From: a virus | Length of the DNA: 5,624 bases | Reading direction: 5' to 3' (one strand) | IMG/VR virus record: IMGVR_UViG_3300020030_000366 | Coordinates: 1-5,624 of that record | In this document: positions 5,236-5,624 of the stretch, in pieces | Layout of the letters: every line of letters begins with the position of its first letter | Numbering within the stretch: the stretch's first letter is position 1 | Program-made: the position numbers and the translations under genes | Notes under the pieces: model-generated | The model's input: the letters and a program-made list of their open reading frames with translations, nothing else | The model's database searches: none | Told to the model about the DNA's origin: nothing

Positions 5236-5624
5236 TTAAAACTTTTTCCCAATATTTTTTATTTCCAATTGTTGAGGGTCCGATTTTCTGTCACCTGCCC
5301 TTATATGACAAGAGCAATTCGGGCAGGTGACTTCACTAATTGTATTCTTATTAAGCCTTTCTGAATATTTATAATATAAAAAAGCTTTTCCTTCCTCGGT
5401 AACGGATTTTCGTGCATTTTCATGCATTCGGAAACGATCACGACACATTTTCTGATATTTTCGATACTCTTCCGGAAAAAGTTCTTTTATCGAAACATCC
5501 ATCATAGGTTTACGCGCATAGATAGGCTTCCTGGATTCTTCCAGCCATTGACGAAAGATTTCACCACGTTGAACAGGGGAACCTATCGCCGGCCAGGCTA
5601 TGCCAAGAACTTGCCGGAAGCGAG
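5236..5624 (-). CDS. Same Rep gene, C-terminal part (5504-5624 duplicates 1-121); the full CDS joins 1088..1 with 5503..5236 = 1356 nt, 451 aa
   Basis: The split codon at bases 2,1 is completed by base 5503 to give ATG, which is the first codon of the track ORF 5236..5505. The two pieces are therefore in frame. The tail reads MMDVSIKELFPEEYRKYQKMCRDRF...VTCPNCSCHIRAGDRK...GKKF and stops with TAA at 5236-5238. Confidence 0.85.
   Translation of the reverse strand, partial: RFRQVLGIAWPAIGSPVQRGEIFRQWLEESRKPIYARKPMMDVSIKELFPEEYRKYQKMCRDRFRMHENARKSVTEEGKAFLYYKYSERLNKNTISEVTCPNCSCHIRAGDRKSDPQQLEIKNIGKKF
5504..5624. repeat. Right copy of the 121-bp terminal direct repeat (circular wrap-around)
   Basis: Identical to 1-121. 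The minus-strand frame of ORF 5236..5505 stays open through this repeat to the window end. Confidence 0.97.

Larger units (their letters stand above)
1..5503 (-). mobile_element. Complete circular ssDNA phage genome unit (Microviridae, gokushovirus-like), 5503 nt, linearised inside the Rep gene and shown as the complement of the coding strand
   Basis: There is an exact 121-bp wrap-around repeat. The window holds the Microviridae core set of F-type major capsid, VP2-type pilot and HUH Rep. All genes are tightly packed on one strand, and the size is typical for the family. Confidence 0.9.

Noticed and set aside
5236-5505. Track ORF 5236..5505 as an independent 89-aa gene, or as an internal A*-like restart at ATGATG
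   Set aside because: The frame is open upstream to the window end and joins the Rep frame exactly across the circular junction. There is no RBS before the ATGATG (upstream sequence GCGCGTAAACCT). An A*-like product cannot be excluded, but nothing in the sequence supports it.
1-5624. Search for tRNA, rRNA, CRISPR repeats, integrase or other accessory or defence cargo
   Set aside because: There are no spaced repeat arrays and no cloverleaf-like or rRNA-like segments. Minus-strand phage genes and two short intergenic regions fill the genome, leaving no room for cargo.

Overview
The window is one complete, circularly permuted genome of a small ssDNA phage of the family Microviridae, with a gokushovirus-like F-type capsid protein, a VP2-type pilot protein and an HUH rolling-circle Rep. 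Bases 1-121 repeat exactly at 5504-5624, so the unit length is 5503 nt. The repeat is a wrap-around from linearising a circle inside the Rep gene. All credible genes lie on the minus strand, so the window shows the complement of the coding (expected virion) strand. Going down in coordinates from a perfect sigma-70 consensus promoter (5199-5227), the genes are: a 79-aa Cys-rich ORFan, a roughly 98-aa protein with an N-terminal transmembrane helix, the VP2-like pilot, a 96-aa ORFan, a 32-aa arginine-rich ORF missing from the ORF track, a roughly 152-161-aa ORFan, the 639-aa major capsid protein VP1, a hairpin-containing intergenic region, and a 451-aa Rep that crosses the window junction. Most gene starts have strong GGAGG-type ribosome-binding sites, and several are start/stop coupled. 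All plus-strand ORFs in the track look like antisense shadows. No tRNA, rRNA, CRISPR array, integrase or host flank is visible. Every functional call rests on reading motifs from memory and needs HMM or structure searches to confirm.
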